A DNA stretch of 50,174 bases, the filler included, from Catajapyx aquilonaris (lineage: Eukaryota), in NCBI GenBank assembly GCA_000934665.2. It is 2 parts of 2 records of this genome, joined end to end, with 100 filler letters (N's around TTAATTAATTAA, not from the genome) between each part and the next. Parts side by side here need not be neighbours in the genome. Positions count along the whole stretch, not along the records: positions 1 to 24,991 come from JYFJ02005430.1; positions 25,092 to 50,174 come from JYFJ02005431.1. One strand, given 5' to 3'. The notes beneath the pieces were generated by a model. The model saw only the letters and a list, made by a program, of their open reading frames with translations. It had not been told where the DNA came from and did no database searches. Of the stretch, positions 12,882 to 26,436 are shown one piece after another. How positions within the stretch are numbered: the stretch's first letter is position 1; every line of letters begins with the position of its first letter. The translations under genes were made by a program, and so were the position numbers.

Positions 12882-14565
12882 ATGATCTCTCACGCTGTGG
12901 GTCTGGTCCTGTCCCTCTTCTTCGTGTACGTGGCCAGCCCTGGGTCGGACCTCTTCTCGTGGCATCCGACATGCATGGCTCTGGCTGTGAGTAATATATA
13001 TCTTGTAACACAGGTTGTATCATTGAAAATAGGGCCCTCCTTTCATTACAACACTATTACTCTCTCCCTTTGGCGACAGTTTCTGTTCGTGGCCCTGGAA
13101 GGAGTGCTCCTCTTCTCACCCGAGAGCGTCATGCACGTGCCCAACCTCAGGCCATGGAAGGTCACCTTCCACATTCTGGCCATGGGTCTGGCCGTTGCCT
13201 TGACCCTTGGCGGGTACGTACACACGCTTTTGGATTATTTTTAAGACCGTTAAAGCGCTTATTATACTGTAACTATAGCAGCTGCAGAGCCCGTTCTTCG
13301 CACGGCCTGTTTCCATGGTAACTACTAGTTGCCATGGATAATGTGTTTCCATGACGACGACTCACCATGGCAACGAGTTACCACGGAAACAGGACGTGCG
13401 AGGATGGAGGGCTCCGCTGCTGGTTACAGTGACAAGTGACTCGGCATTTGGTAACTCCATTGCCATGGTAACCAAACTGGAAAAAACAAACCAACAAACT
13501 TTGGCCTTTGTACATGCAGATGTATTTTTTATAGTGATCAACAACTAATCATTATTTTATTAATTATTGTAATGATTACAATTTTGAATTATTGGTGTCG
13601 ATTTCTAAGTGTGGACGGGTAGCTGCTTTGCCGTATGATCCTGGCTTGGCTTGTCATTTTGAATGATGTGATGGAAGCATGTGCAATGGCTTGGTGTAAT
13701 TACTTGTGTGTACATTATTTTGTATTTCAGTTCTTGCATGTGGCCTCACTGTGCCTGACTTGCATTAGAGTGCGGTTTACGTGAACCAGGTATTTTTTTC
13801 TCTCCAGTGCTTATGCAAAAGGCTATCAAGTATGAATGATAATTGTTCACCCAACCCCCCCATTGTCTTCATAACCTGTATTACTTTCAAGGTTGCAAGA
13901 ACCCATACTTCCTCCGCTTGCACAACTTTTCCCGGTATTCTACGGTGCTCTATTATTACCTTCTGGTTATTTATGGAATGTAAAAGCAGCTCAGGTTATC
14001 GGTGCAAGAGAAAAATTGAGTTCTTATAATGTAGCAAGAGCATGCTGCATCTCGCATAGACTGCTTTAGCAGTAGCTTGGCAGCTAACATTGGTTGATTG
14101 GCTTGAACGTGTCTAGAGAAGAGATAAAGTGTCTTTCAATCCAACCCCTTCAATTGTGTCGTCACTAAATACTTTGGCTAATTGTCCAGCTTCAGCGCAA
14201 TCTACTACCATAAAGAGAGCCTGGATCGTCCTCACTTCACCTCGTGGCACAGCTGGGTAGGACTGGTTACCGTGGGTTTGATGTCCATGCTGCCTGTGGC
14301 CGGATGGGGCATTAAGCTGGGTTTATTCCCACCCAAGATGATTGGTGATATGAAGTTCTACCACGGGATGGGAGGAGCCGCAACCACCATGGTGGGGATG
14401 GGTGCCATTGCCCTCGGGATGCAGAGCCTGTGGTTCAGCCAGAGGGTCACAGGGCACTTGTGGGCTTTGAGTCTCGGAGCTGTCGGATTCCTGGGTTTGG
14501 TCGTTGCCAACCACATGCTCAAGACCACCATCAAGAGGAAGCCCAAACCCAGGGCAAAGGCATGA
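12882..14565 (+). CDS. CYB561D2: Cytochrome b561 domain-containing protein (CYB561D2-like), 3 exons: 12882-12986, 13080-13213, 14190-14565 (~204 aa)
   Basis: PGSDLFSWHPTCMALA, EGVLLFSPESV, HFTSWHSWVG and FYH: four heme-ligand His residues in a multi-TM protein. GT-AG junctions are in frame (615 nt). Confidence 0.9.
13269..13472. promoter_or_regulatory. Array of RFX X-box-like palindromes in CYB561D intron 2
   Basis: GTTTCCATGGTAAC 13309, GTTGCCATGGATAA 13328, GTTTCCATGACGAC 13345, CTCACCATGGCAAC 13361, GTTACCACGGAAAC 13377 and ATTGCCATGGTAAC 13459, plus the weaker GTAACTATAGCAGC 13269. Confidence 0.7.
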
Positions 14566-17500
14566 ATCATTGAGGAAATGATGGATGCTGATAAGGTAGA
14601 AGTCAAGGAGTCTGAAGATGACAGCTAACTTTCCGGTGACAGGGGACGAGGTGCATTTTTTATATGGTGGGGGTACCTTCTACATTGCCAGTATCTATTC
14701 CAGCATTGCACTTGATTCGTTGTAAGCGCATCATTTGTGCGACTTAGCCTCGAGTTGTCTAATGGCATGATTAGCCATGTATCTACTTAATTGCAAATAG
14801 TGCAGACTACCAATGATGCAAGTTCTGAACATCGAGTTTGTGCTGTGTCGTGCCTAATTATCCCCATGATTGTCATATAATGAATTAATGATGTTACAAT
14901 GAATCAACCACCGTACTGCCTTATATAGGTTAGATTTTTATGCTGGGTTACTTTCAGTTCTGTCAGGGTATTATGGTGAGGGTTTGCATGAGCATATCAG
15001 TACTCAGTAGTATGAAGGGGCCAAGTTTCACGTTAAGGGCTTGTTGTATTGACACAAATTTATGATTTTAAAGCTCTTATTTTACATTACATACTGCAAC
15101 TTGATTATAATTTGAGTCGGTACAACTAGGCCTAAATGAAGAACGTAATTTTTTTGAAGTTTGTTCATGCTGTATGTGTCTTCCGATGATATTTTATATA
15201 CCAGTGTATGATTCTTACTTCCATATGTAAGCCACAATAAATGATACTTTACATACATTGTGTCTTTACATACACTGTTGTTATTTTCTGTCAACATATT
15301 TTGTGTGTACTTCTATGCCAAACGTGACGCTTGCAACGTATTTTTCTTTTTCGTTACATCTCATGTGCTAGAGGATCATTGGGCTGTGAAACGCAGCTAC
15401 GGGTCTGTATTAAAGGAAAGAAGAGGATGTATGCAGAAGAGGGGAACGTCGTATTACGAGGTGAAAAATGGTGTCTTTTTTCTTCAGGCCTGGTGGGGAT
15501 CGTCTTGGACAAATCCCTCCCCAGGGTGACATTGGGTCCTTTGGATTTCCCACCTTACTTCTCCACTTTTTTCTTTTTACTTTCCTTCTTTTCCATCTAA
15601 CTTCTCCGCCATCAGACACAGGAGCATCTCGGGACTGCTGCCAAACTACTTGATTTCCTGACTCTGTGTAAATTTGATGGATATGAGGAAAGAAGGGCAA
15701 ACTCGGCTAAATTGCCTAATTGCTCGTCAACATGAGTTTACGGTAACTACTCCCTGGCAGTGGGTTAAAAGGAGGAGGATGTGTCATCAATGAAACGGTA
15801 GAAATGTTTCACCCCTCTCCCCACTGCGCTCCTTTTATTAAGGCTGCTATTTTTGCGCAACTGCTCTTAAGACGCAGGGGAAAGTTGGGGCACTCAGTTT
15901 CAAGATGGTGTAAAAAATGGGGAAAACTTTATTAGATTTCATAAAGGCGAGAACCGGGGGTCCTTGTGGAAGGAGATTGTCTCTTCCGGCCTGACAGCTA
16001 TTCTTATCCAAGACCCAGTTTCATTAATCCACAACTTCTTTTTTTTTCAGGGATGGAAAGGAAAAGGAGAGGAGGGTTAACTAAAAATTGTTAATCGATT
16101 TCCATGTAATTAGGGCATGGGTTAATGAACAATGTCACATTATGGACTGGACAAAGTTGGCTGAATGAAGCGCTTTTGAGTTTTTGGGGGTGTCGCTGCA
16201 AGTGGGGAAATGGAAGGATGCACTTTATCAAGTGAGATGCGATGGCCACTTGAGGTATTGCAGCGCCTGTAAAGTGCTGTTTGTCCATTATTAATGAGCA
16301 CCCGTCTTTTGCCATGCAGCATTTTTAGGAGAATTTCACGGCACTTAAAAAGTTACTGGCCTAGTTCAGCCGACATGTCCATTACCTATACTTACAAAAA
16401 ATTGTGATGAGTAATAAGTTTTCAAGTACTGGTACAAGTTGACAATCCTAATTTTGACACTTCTTGTGTTCCTACCCTGTGACCTTACTTGTCTGTTAAT
16501 TAGCGCACCCTTATTCATCCTGACACCATATCTTGGTTCCAATGCAAAAACTTTTTCGACACCTTCGCCTGTCATCCCTTACACAAAGCGACTCAAAAGG
16601 GAAGCTTTCGCGTTCAAAAAACGAAGCCATTCAAGCTTTGAAACCATTGTGTAGTTACAAGACATCTGGTTCGTTATGAATCTGTCGCAGTGTCATGTTT
16701 TTTTTTTTCAGAGAAGAACACAAATGCATTGCCACAAAATTGATCAATTGTATATGATATTCCTTAGTAATGTATTGTCTCATCCACTTTAAGTTATCGA
16801 GTGTCACAGCTTTTATGTGCAGAACCGACCAATGTTGACTTGTGGGTCACATCAGGAGTCAGACGTGTGGGCAACCGGTGTCAAAAAACCGAGGGAATAA
16901 CACAAGCCAAACACTCGCCACCTGACACGTAACGCGATCAGAAATTCAATTACGTGTCTGTTTCATGTCGATTTTCCAGGGAACGCCTATATCTATAGCC
17001 AGGAGGAAGGATAGAATAGAAAAAGGAAAAAAAAGGAGCACAGTCTGCAGCTTCAATCGAAATGATTGATCACACTGCACTGGTAGAAAACGTGGCGCCC
17101 ATATAATAATAAAACAGGAAATAAAATTGCTTATGATGGACGAGTTGGCACAATTTTGATTAGTGTCCTGTCACTGTATGAAAGTAATGATTCTAATTGC
17201 AGCACCAACAGCAGAAAACAAACAAGAATATCAGCTTCTGTTGGGTCACCCTGTAATCCTCGAAAAATGTCGATATCTGCAGCAGCTGGTACGTTACTTC
17301 CAATGAAAATGTGTCGGGAGGCATAACCTTCCGAAGAGTATAGGAGAATTCTTTTGGAAAAAAAAAAGAAATAGTGCAAGAAAATCCTCTCCTTTCGCCT
17401 CGAGGGGTAAGGAGAAAACTCGATTTCGCTAATAACCGTAACGAAGGCTGAGAGGTAATCACACACTGGGCTTGTGAAATATGGAAAACGCGGTTGGGGT

Positions 17501-20500
17501 TGGGAGGAATCGATCGTGGCCAACTAGTAAGCTTCTTTTTGCCGAAGGAAATTAAGTTTTTCTCCTTGGGTGTGGGAAAAAGAAAAAAAGAAAAAAAATG
17601 TATAAGGTGATACAAAAAATGAAAGTCTGATGTTGCATTACTAAAACTATGCAATAGTAATAACCTTAGCGTCCTATATATAGGACAGTGTACCGTTGTT
17701 AGGTAGTTATTATGTTTTGCTTGCAAAAAAAATTAAAACGAAATAATATAGCCATCCTTTGGTGGGGAAAATGACAATAATTGAACAAGTGTTTTGGCTC
17801 ACCCTGTGTATATGAAAGGATAGAAGATGGCCCGAATCTTCAGAGACTTGGGCGACGTTGAGTTGATAGCGACTGGAACCCATTTTTTAATTTCCGGAGA
17901 AAGAAGGGGGGGTTGGAAAGAAAGAGGAAGGCTTTAATAAAGGGAGTTTATCATTTGAACGATTCCTATCGGACTTATTTTTCATGGGTGTTGTGAACCT
18001 AATGGTTCTTGGAAGTGAACTTTATGAACCGTTTTCATGCGAAATAATGAGGTCCAAAGGGAGCTGGCGAAATTATATGATATTCAATTCGCAGGTTTTG
18101 ATCATTTTTGCTAAAAAAAAAGGACAGGAGCGAAAATTTTGAAACAATGAGCCAGTTATATTAATCTAATCATGCGAATGTAGTGCAGAATGATTAGATT
18201 TTACATTTGAATTATTTCAATATATAATGATTGAAATTTCTTTTGCCTTTTTGATTGGTTGGCGTGTGAGTGAAAACTGCTGGAAATAATAAAGATTTAC
18301 CACACATGATCATCCAAATGGTGCGTTATATGCACTAGTTTAACAGCGTTATTATATGAATTTTATAATAATATTAATTAACAGGTACTGTGAGCCAGAC
18401 GTAATTAATAGCGTGTGCAAAACTCAGTCAACGTTTGCTTCATAATTTTGGAAGCCACGTTTATCAAAAAAGCTAGCTGTAATTGAAAATGAAATACATT
18501 GCGGCGGCAGAGCCCGAATTAATGTATTAGCGCGGCAAATTGGCCGAGGATAATTATAGATTAAAACAAAAGTAATTTGAATTAGCCGCGTTTTGGCGGT
18601 TCCATTGCAACAATATAATGTCCCGACATGTCATTCGCAGGTCATATTTTGGCAATCCTACAAAGCTGATTACTCTTGACATTAACTTCAGTCTGCCAGC
18701 GTTTAGGTTGCAATGCATATATAAATACCTCTAATGCACACTTTGATATTTGCGAAATTGTATTAAGAAATAGAGAAAAAATAGCGAATAATTTTTTGAC
18801 TCACAAAGTCAGTGGAAAATAACTGAGAATTTTCTTCCACTTATTTATACAACTGGAAACCTATAAGAAGGAAATGGCATTTTTTTTGCAAAAAAAAATA
18901 TATATCCGGTACAGTTCTTAAAGGGCTCACTTTGCAAATCCATCGCTCATCTCGAAATGTCGGAAAGATAAAGTAAGCCTTGAGGATTTATTGTGTCCGG
19001 AACTGAGGAGTATAAAAGGGACCTATGCTCGACCTCATTACGATTGATATGTTTATTTTAAAAACCGGTTTTGCGGGTATTTTTATGTGAAAAACTGCGC
19101 GTTTCCTGGACAGTTTAATGAGCATGTTGCACTTTATTTGGGAGGTTTAATAATCCGTGAAGAAAAATGCCAGATGAAAAATTGCGGGATCCAAAGTATG
19201 GCGAAAAATGTCAACATCTTTCGCTGAAATCTGTCAGGCTCGCAAATTGATTCATCAGTCATGATAATATATTGGGAATGGTATAGATGGCACCGATTTC
19301 CTCATACCGAAAATGGGTTTTGGGATAAACAAACAAATTAATAAAAAAAATTGTTGGAGGAAAAATTTTCGGTAGCAAAGTGGATTTTTTTCTCTCCTAC
19401 AAATACGAGCTTACCAACATGTCAAGTTGTCTATAAAAAGAAGAACGGTGGACAACTCTCGATTTGTCACACATACAGTTTCTTGGACAAATATTGCCAC
19501 ACCGACTGAGCAAAATATTACGCCGGAGTTTGCGAAATTCTGAAGAGTGGATCAAATCAATTGACACAGGCTGAACCCGAAGGTGTCGCATTTTAAAGCA
19601 ATTTTTGGAGCACTTTAGATAAAATAATTGTTTTCTTGGTAAATTATTTCAACTGCCTCAAAATAACGAAAAAGAGTTGACCACTCCACAGATGAGTAGT
19701 CATATTGACTTATTCTTGCGAATTGTTTTTGGCAAACATTTCAGAGGTCAGCCATGACAAACTATTCGTCCTAATGCATATTTACGATGTGGTAGGCATC
19801 TGCGAACAATTCCACAAAAAGTAGTGATGGATGTTCAATATAGACTGAACCCAGCAGCGGCGATTAATTTTTGCAAATTATGTAATTAATATTTTGCACT
19901 TGACTATTACGCATGAGAGAGCCGGTATAAATATGGATTAGGTCATTAGGATTTGCTGAATCATTTGACGTAGCGCATTACTCGATCCGATTATTAACAC
20001 AAATAAGGGCCGACCCCATGCGAACTGGAGAGTTTTGAATATGAATTCAGACTATAGAAGTAATTTTTTTAGCGAGATCACCTTTTTTGAGGGTTCCGTG
20101 GTCCAATCGTTAAGGGTCAAAGAAGTGGGTGTTAAATCACTGTTTCCGGACCGGTCAAACACTATAAATCGCTCTTGACCTGAGTTTCGATTGGAGTTCG
20201 CAGAAGTGTGTTGGTGACCTGTGGAAAAGGCCATGCAGTAAATTCATGTAACTGCTTTCAAGTTGTAAAACTTCTGGGATTAAAAAAAAAAAAAATGTAG
20301 TTTGTATAAAAGAAATATTACTCGCAAAATTTATATGCCCAGTTGAATCAACTCATATTGTGATTAAATTTTCTGTGTATTTTCTCTCTCATTTCTCAAT
20401 TTCGTTTTGCAGCTCTAATATTTGCTGTGTAGGTATACCATTCACCTGTTTACAGTTCACGTCCAGATCCATTGCTGATGTATATTGTAGGTGGCCGATG

Positions 20501-23500
20501 ACCCTTAGCCAGCAGTGTAAACTCAGTGAGAACTTTATGGCTCGAATTCTGGCCCCTCAGGCTTTTCCTCCCCAAAAAAACGACAAAAAATCTGGTGAAA
20601 CTAGAGAAAGCTTCGACTCTTCTAGCTCTGTAAACGCAACTCTTGTAGATCAATCGGAGGTATTTGGATTGCAGCTTATCTGGCTCTCATACAAACATTA
20701 CGAAAATGTGATATTGAAGGGACGTATACTGTACAACAATAGTCAAGAGACGGGTCAATGTACATCGGCCTCGGAAGTGATTCAAATATACTTTGGCATC
20801 AATCAACCTTATAAGACCATAACTGATGACGGACACCCATCTTATGAATCCGTTTCCCGCAAGACCATCCCACAGCACTTTACATATCCGTGATTCATGT
20901 GCGCCCGGAATGAAAGCTCGAATTTACGGAGTCGAGCCTGCCTGATTTATTGTCTGCCCAGTTCGCCAATTCCAGACTTTTGCACCCCAAAAAAAAGTCG
21001 GACTTGGAACCTTCCAACAAAAAAAAAAAACGAAAGAAAAAGTGTTGGCTCAATGTAACCGGATTGATCCGTATTTTTTGAATACCGGTGGGTCAGTCAA
21101 TCACAATTTTTTTTGCGTGCAAAGGAAACCTTCATATATTGTTGTTCAACCATTTTCGCAAAGTCAAGCCTGAAGATCGATCTGCGCTGCAATACATTAG
21201 GTTGCAGATGTTGATGCGGCCCAATAATCCTCGTAAAAAAAATGCAAGGCAGTTTTACTCCGAGCACAAACTCAGGTTAATGATAATTTAATCCCAGCAT
21301 CACTTTTCAAGGCATGCTTTAGAAAGGTTAAACTGAAAAGTATGGTTATGCGAGCTTATCTCGTGAGACAAGGAACCGGGTGTAATATATTGCGCCATAT
21401 TTTTTCAAGGAAATTGTGCCGAAGATTCTTATTTTACACCTATTTTTTGGGGGAGCCTCCAGGCATTTTTTGGGTGGTCAAAAAAAAAAAAAAGAAGGTA
21501 GATATCGACTGTATGAGGACGAGTGTCGGAGAAGTGGACGTTTGGTTCACCTTTGACCTCAGGAGTCGTTTGTAACCGAGAGCTTGCCAACTGCAGACTC
21601 TGGGCCCGTGTCTGGAGAGTGTGTAATGCCTATTTACGAGTATTTACGGAGCGTAAAATTGTTTCGCTGCGCCGCTTGTTTTTGGGGCAGGACCGCTATA
21701 CCTACTTTTGCCGATAACAAAAACTATGGTCAAAATGCCGATGCTAATTCCAGCAGGCTTGAAATGGGAGGGTAAAAATGCGGATGAGGTACCGATTACC
21801 TATATACAATAACAAAGAGGTCGACTCTTACATATGTCTGCTTCGTACATACTGTGCAGTGTGCATTCATGGGAAAAGCCATGTCCGTAAAATCAAAAGT
21901 AAATGAAACATACAAGTTTATTTTACTTGATGAATTAGGGCAGAATTTAAACTGCATTTTTTGACCTGTGTTATTTTAAACAACATATCTGCCTCTAGGA
22001 TATAGAGTCAAATATGAATGCATGGATGCATGTAATTAAACTCAACAAGCAATTAGATACTATGAAACCCTATGTTAATTTTTTTGAAATGTGCTCATGT
22101 TATTTTCACAAGGAGCCTGCTTTTCATAAAACAACATAACTACATCAGCCCTGAATGTTTATGCTCCAAGTAAAATCATAGTACAAAATGATGCATGCAA
22201 CTCAGGTTCCTGGAGAGAGAGAGAAAAAAAATCCATCAGTTGACAGCAGGTGAAAGATTGCGCAGACTTTGTTTTTGAAGTTTTGTCCCAATAATGCATA
22301 TATTACACCCGACATTCCGCCCTTGGGATTGTTGCTCGCAAAAATAACTGGCGCGAAATTTTCACTATGGTTGGCCTGAAGGGAACAGACAATTTATAGG
22401 ACCTGAATGTTAAATTGACGCCATCATTTTCGCAAAGGTGCAAGCTCATGTGGACTACAAGGTGGTTCACTATCCATGTATACAATACCAGAATGTATAG
22501 GTACATAACAGGAAAAATATGTTCAGTAAACATAATTATAAGCTTCATTTAATCCACTTGTGATATTTGCAATTGCAGCTACTAATAATATATTTTTCCC
22601 ATCACTTTTAAATGGGGGCTTTTGGGCAGTGTATCACACTGTACCTGTTGGCGATGTAAACAAGGATAAGTTAGTAGTTATGTCACGCGGGCAAGGTAAA
22701 GAGATAAGGCAAGAAGGGCTGAGAAATTTGTTGCTGGCATGTGTGCAGCTGAATGTGCAAATCTGCTCAGAGGCCCCTCCCAGCATATATCTTCCTCGGA
22801 CTTGACGGAGGGAAAAGCCAGTCCCAGGACGGGTTTTATTATATTATGGAGCTCAGATATGATTTGATGTAGCGGATAGGACTGGATAAAATAAGGTCCT
22901 GTTTGTGTGTGCTGCATTACTTGGGACAAGGGCAGGTTTCCAATCTGTATAAGAAAAAGTTGGGAGAAAAAGATGAGACATTTTCAATAACCGAACTTTT
23001 GCGCTTTTGACAAACCTCCTAAAACTTTTGCATGCTGGGAAATAATTTTTTGCGCAATTTTTTGGTGTGTCTTCTTTCAGAAAAGGCAGTTTGTTGGAGT
23101 GTCTTTCATTTCGAACAAAAGCCTTGCAGACTCTTCCTCCAGGCAGCGGTGGCTTGCATGGGATAAAGTTCTCATTCCTGAAATCCAATTACTGTTTCAG
23201 TCCTGGTTTCTGCGGGTTGGCGCCGTTTGTTTAGCTAAAATGGCGCCTTGTATAGTGGGTTAGAACTAACCTGATGGGTAAGAACTTAACGATGAAATAT
23301 TATCGATGAAGAACCTCATCCCGCCTGATGATTAATTATGGCCAAGTAGGACATGTTCAGATCAAGGAGATTTCAACTTTCCGATTTCCCTGGAAGCCCG
23401 TGGAACCCAAAATTTTAATTAACTAAAGCCGCATCACTTGTCCGGCTTCCAGTTAAAATTCTGGGATATCAAAGGGCTGGATATTGGCAATCATGTAGTG

Positions 23501-24991
23501 CTGCAAGACGAAAAATATTTCAGGATCATTGCAACTTATACACTGCACTGGCGAAATGATGACAAAATGATGACGCACAAATTAATTATAAAATATTTAC
23601 AAACATAATGACAAACTCTTCTGGGTTTTTTTTCTCCAACTGCTGAACAAGTATTTTCTCGTCTTGAACATCAACTCTAATGTTGGGTCATTAAATAAAG
23701 AGCAGTAATAACTTATCTATTGAAACCGTTTGAGTGCTTTCAGTTCTGCAAGACAGTTTATGGTAATGGACTTCAAATGAGCGTCTATTTTTTTGCAGGA
23801 TTCTGCACAATGCCACATTTGTCCCTGATCTTTTGTTATGAAAGAAGGAAACGCACAAGATGGAGCTCATATTTCGCCATGTGGTCCAATAATAGTGCAG
23901 GTATATATAAAGTGGAGAAACTTTATGCTTGATGGGATTGAAAGAGCGATTTTATTATTTCCAGAAGTGCAGTGGAGCCCATCCTAGTAAGAAGGGGTGG
24001 AAAAAACTGGTTCTGGCAGTGGCTCATAGGAATCAGCATATCAGGGTAAGCGCAAGTCTATAAAAACCGAAGTTTGAGTGTTTACTGCCCTTTTCCTTTT
24101 GCGACATCTCAGAGGGGATATATCATTCAATATACGTACCTGACTTCTGCGGTATTGACTCTTCAAAACCATTTTGAAGATACTCCAGTCAATATACTGT
24201 AGGAGTGTAGGCCACTAACAAATGCACGCAAACAGAACGATTTCGCGAAAATTGTGAAATTACTATTAACAATATTTTGCACAGTCCGTGCTTATTTCAG
24301 TAGCTTCATTTTGATTAGTTTTGACGTCATCCGCTTCGATAGTAGTTTCTCTGCAAAATTGATCCGTGGGTCACGGGGAGTTATGCCTTTTTATACCTCC
24401 AGCTTTCAGCAGGATCGCGCAATTTGACCGGGCCTAAAATCTCTATAATCCGGGAGCAAGTAGGCGAAACGTATTGCGCGAAATCCCCCCCAGTTTAATT
24501 ATCAGGATTTGGCGATACGTCACACTCGTTTACGTGTGTTGATTTTGCCGACCAGAAAATCGATCCAGGCTCTTGGAATAGTGCGAATATTGAGAAGATT
24601 TTGCCAAAAAAATTGCTATTTTAAAGGTGATGCTAAACTCATCGTGGTAATGATCTTTTTACCCGTCTTGATTCATTGTGAAGCGGATTTTTCTTTGGCT
24701 CGGTGCATTATTTTCATTGATATTTTTGCTCGTAGGTTTAATGTTAGAAAAATTGCATTCACTGTATGTCATGCTTTTTCCTGATTGTTTCAACAGTTTT
24801 CCAAGTAAGAAGGGGCTTATAACTACAGTACACACCAGGTTGCACATGACAACTTAAATTTGGCCCAGTGTTTGCCATTTTGACACAGCTGGAAAGTAGT
24901 AGCCCACGGCTTATTACGGAGCCTCATGGAAAAATTCCGCAGTGTCGCCACCGTCTATGCGAGTTTAACATGGGAAAGCGCCACTGCGGCG

Positions 24992-25091
24992 NNNNNNNNN
25001 NNNNNNNNNNNNNNNNNNNNNNNNNNNNNNNNNNNTTAATTAATTAANNNNNNNNNNNNNNNNNNNNNNNNNNNNNNNNNNNNNNNNNNNN
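24992..25091. other. Artificial assembly spacer/gap
   Basis: 44 N + TTAATTAATTAA (stops in all six frames) + 44 N = exactly 100 bp. Confidence 0.95.
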
Positions 25092-26133
25092 ATTTTACTT
25101 TAATTGCAATGAAATTTTTTATCATAGCACATTGGACTGAGTTCTAGATAAACAATACTATCACATTTTAATTTATTAATAAATAACATTATTAAATGTG
25201 GTACAGCCAAGTGTATCAATTTCTGAAAAAATCCACTTGCGATAAATATTTTTTAATTTTGTGCTAGATTTTTTGTAATTAATGTCATAACTGTTTTTGG
25301 GTTTGTGCGGCCCCTCAGGTTCATTATCAACATTTACATCCCGCTAAGTAAGAAATAAACAGAGTGGCAGCAATTTTTACCAGACCCCACAGAAATTCAC
25401 TGTCCAAGGTATAATCGTATTTATTTCAGTTGTTAACTGTCAAATGAACTTCAAATTTGGTATCCTCCTAGCTCAATTGTTACTATTCATAATTATCCAT
25501 TCTAAATTCCAGATAATCTTAATGGAAACTTTTTATCACATCCTGTGTATAACCCCACCACTCCATTTTTTGGGGGTGTCCCAATATTTTCAGATCAGGG
25601 CAAGTACAAGGTGTCAAAAACCTATATTTTCATATTTATGGGATTTGTGCCAGGCATGTCAGAAGTAGCTCTAGCATGATAACTACAGTACAACAAGATA
25701 AACTCACTGTGCCATGCATTTATTAATTATTTTTAGCAGAGTATTACTGGAATCAGAGATTTTCAAGGAATTTTACAAAGAATTATTCTTACCTTCTTTC
25801 GTCAATACTGGACATGGCATCTGGACTAATTGGGATTGTACGATTCCATAACGTTTGATAAATTGGAGGTGAGGGGCATCAACGTCAGCAGGTTGTTATT
25901 TTTATTTTAATTTCTCTCTTTAATTTTTATACTCTTAATTTACTTGAATCCATTTATATAGACAGTACAATTGCGAAACAAAATTCTTTCATAGGTATAT
26001 CAAGTTTTTCTTTACATGCACATGGGTCTCCGTGGGCCTACTTGTGACATATGCAAATAGAGATTGTGCCAAGTTTGTGGGTCATTTTTAGTTATTACCA
26101 TGGTCTTAGAATACTAAGTTTTGGACACTACCT

Positions 26134-26436
26134 CTCATCGCCTGCCGGGGCGTTTTGCATGAGGTGCTCACCTGAGAGCGCCACGAGACCTTTCACGGAG
26201 CAATTATGTGGCGACCCTACCGGACTACGCTGAACTTTATAGGTACAAAAGAGAAGTGCTACATGCGGGTCCAACATGGCCGCAGCGACCATGTTGGGTC
26301 CCCCAATGTAGCACCTCCCTTTTGTACCTATAAAGTTCAGCGTAGTCCGGTAGGGTCGCCACATAATTGCTCTGTGAAAGGTCGCGTGGTGCTTTCAGGT
26401 GAGCATCTCATGCAAAACGCCCTGGCAGGCGATAAG
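26134..26436. mobile_element. Fold-back palindromic MITE-like element (~300 bp), inside an older inverted-repeat element
   Basis: Arms ctcatcgcctgcc...ccaacatgg / ccatgttgg...ggcaggcgataag pair along the whole length. Outer inverted pair at ~26067-26095 and ~26648-26678. Confidence 0.75.

Noticed and set aside
13309..13390. CRISPR-like repeat array
   Set aside because: Spacers are only 2-5 bp, the context is a eukaryotic intron and there are no cas genes; X-box motifs explain it better.
13900..14000. miR-1-like sequence (ccatacttcc ... tggaatgtaaa)
   Set aside because: Only the first 11 nt of mature miR-1 match; the rest diverges and the arms do not form a hairpin.
19210..19265. Hammerhead ribozyme core (CTGATGA...GAAA on the minus strand); also CTGATGA near 31874
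   Set aside because: Stems I-III cannot be formed adjacent to the core.
20360..20893. 177-aa ORF (likewise ORFs at 17131-17726 and 337-881)
   Set aside because: Low-complexity or homopolymer-derived composition, no recognisable domain and no supporting splice sites.
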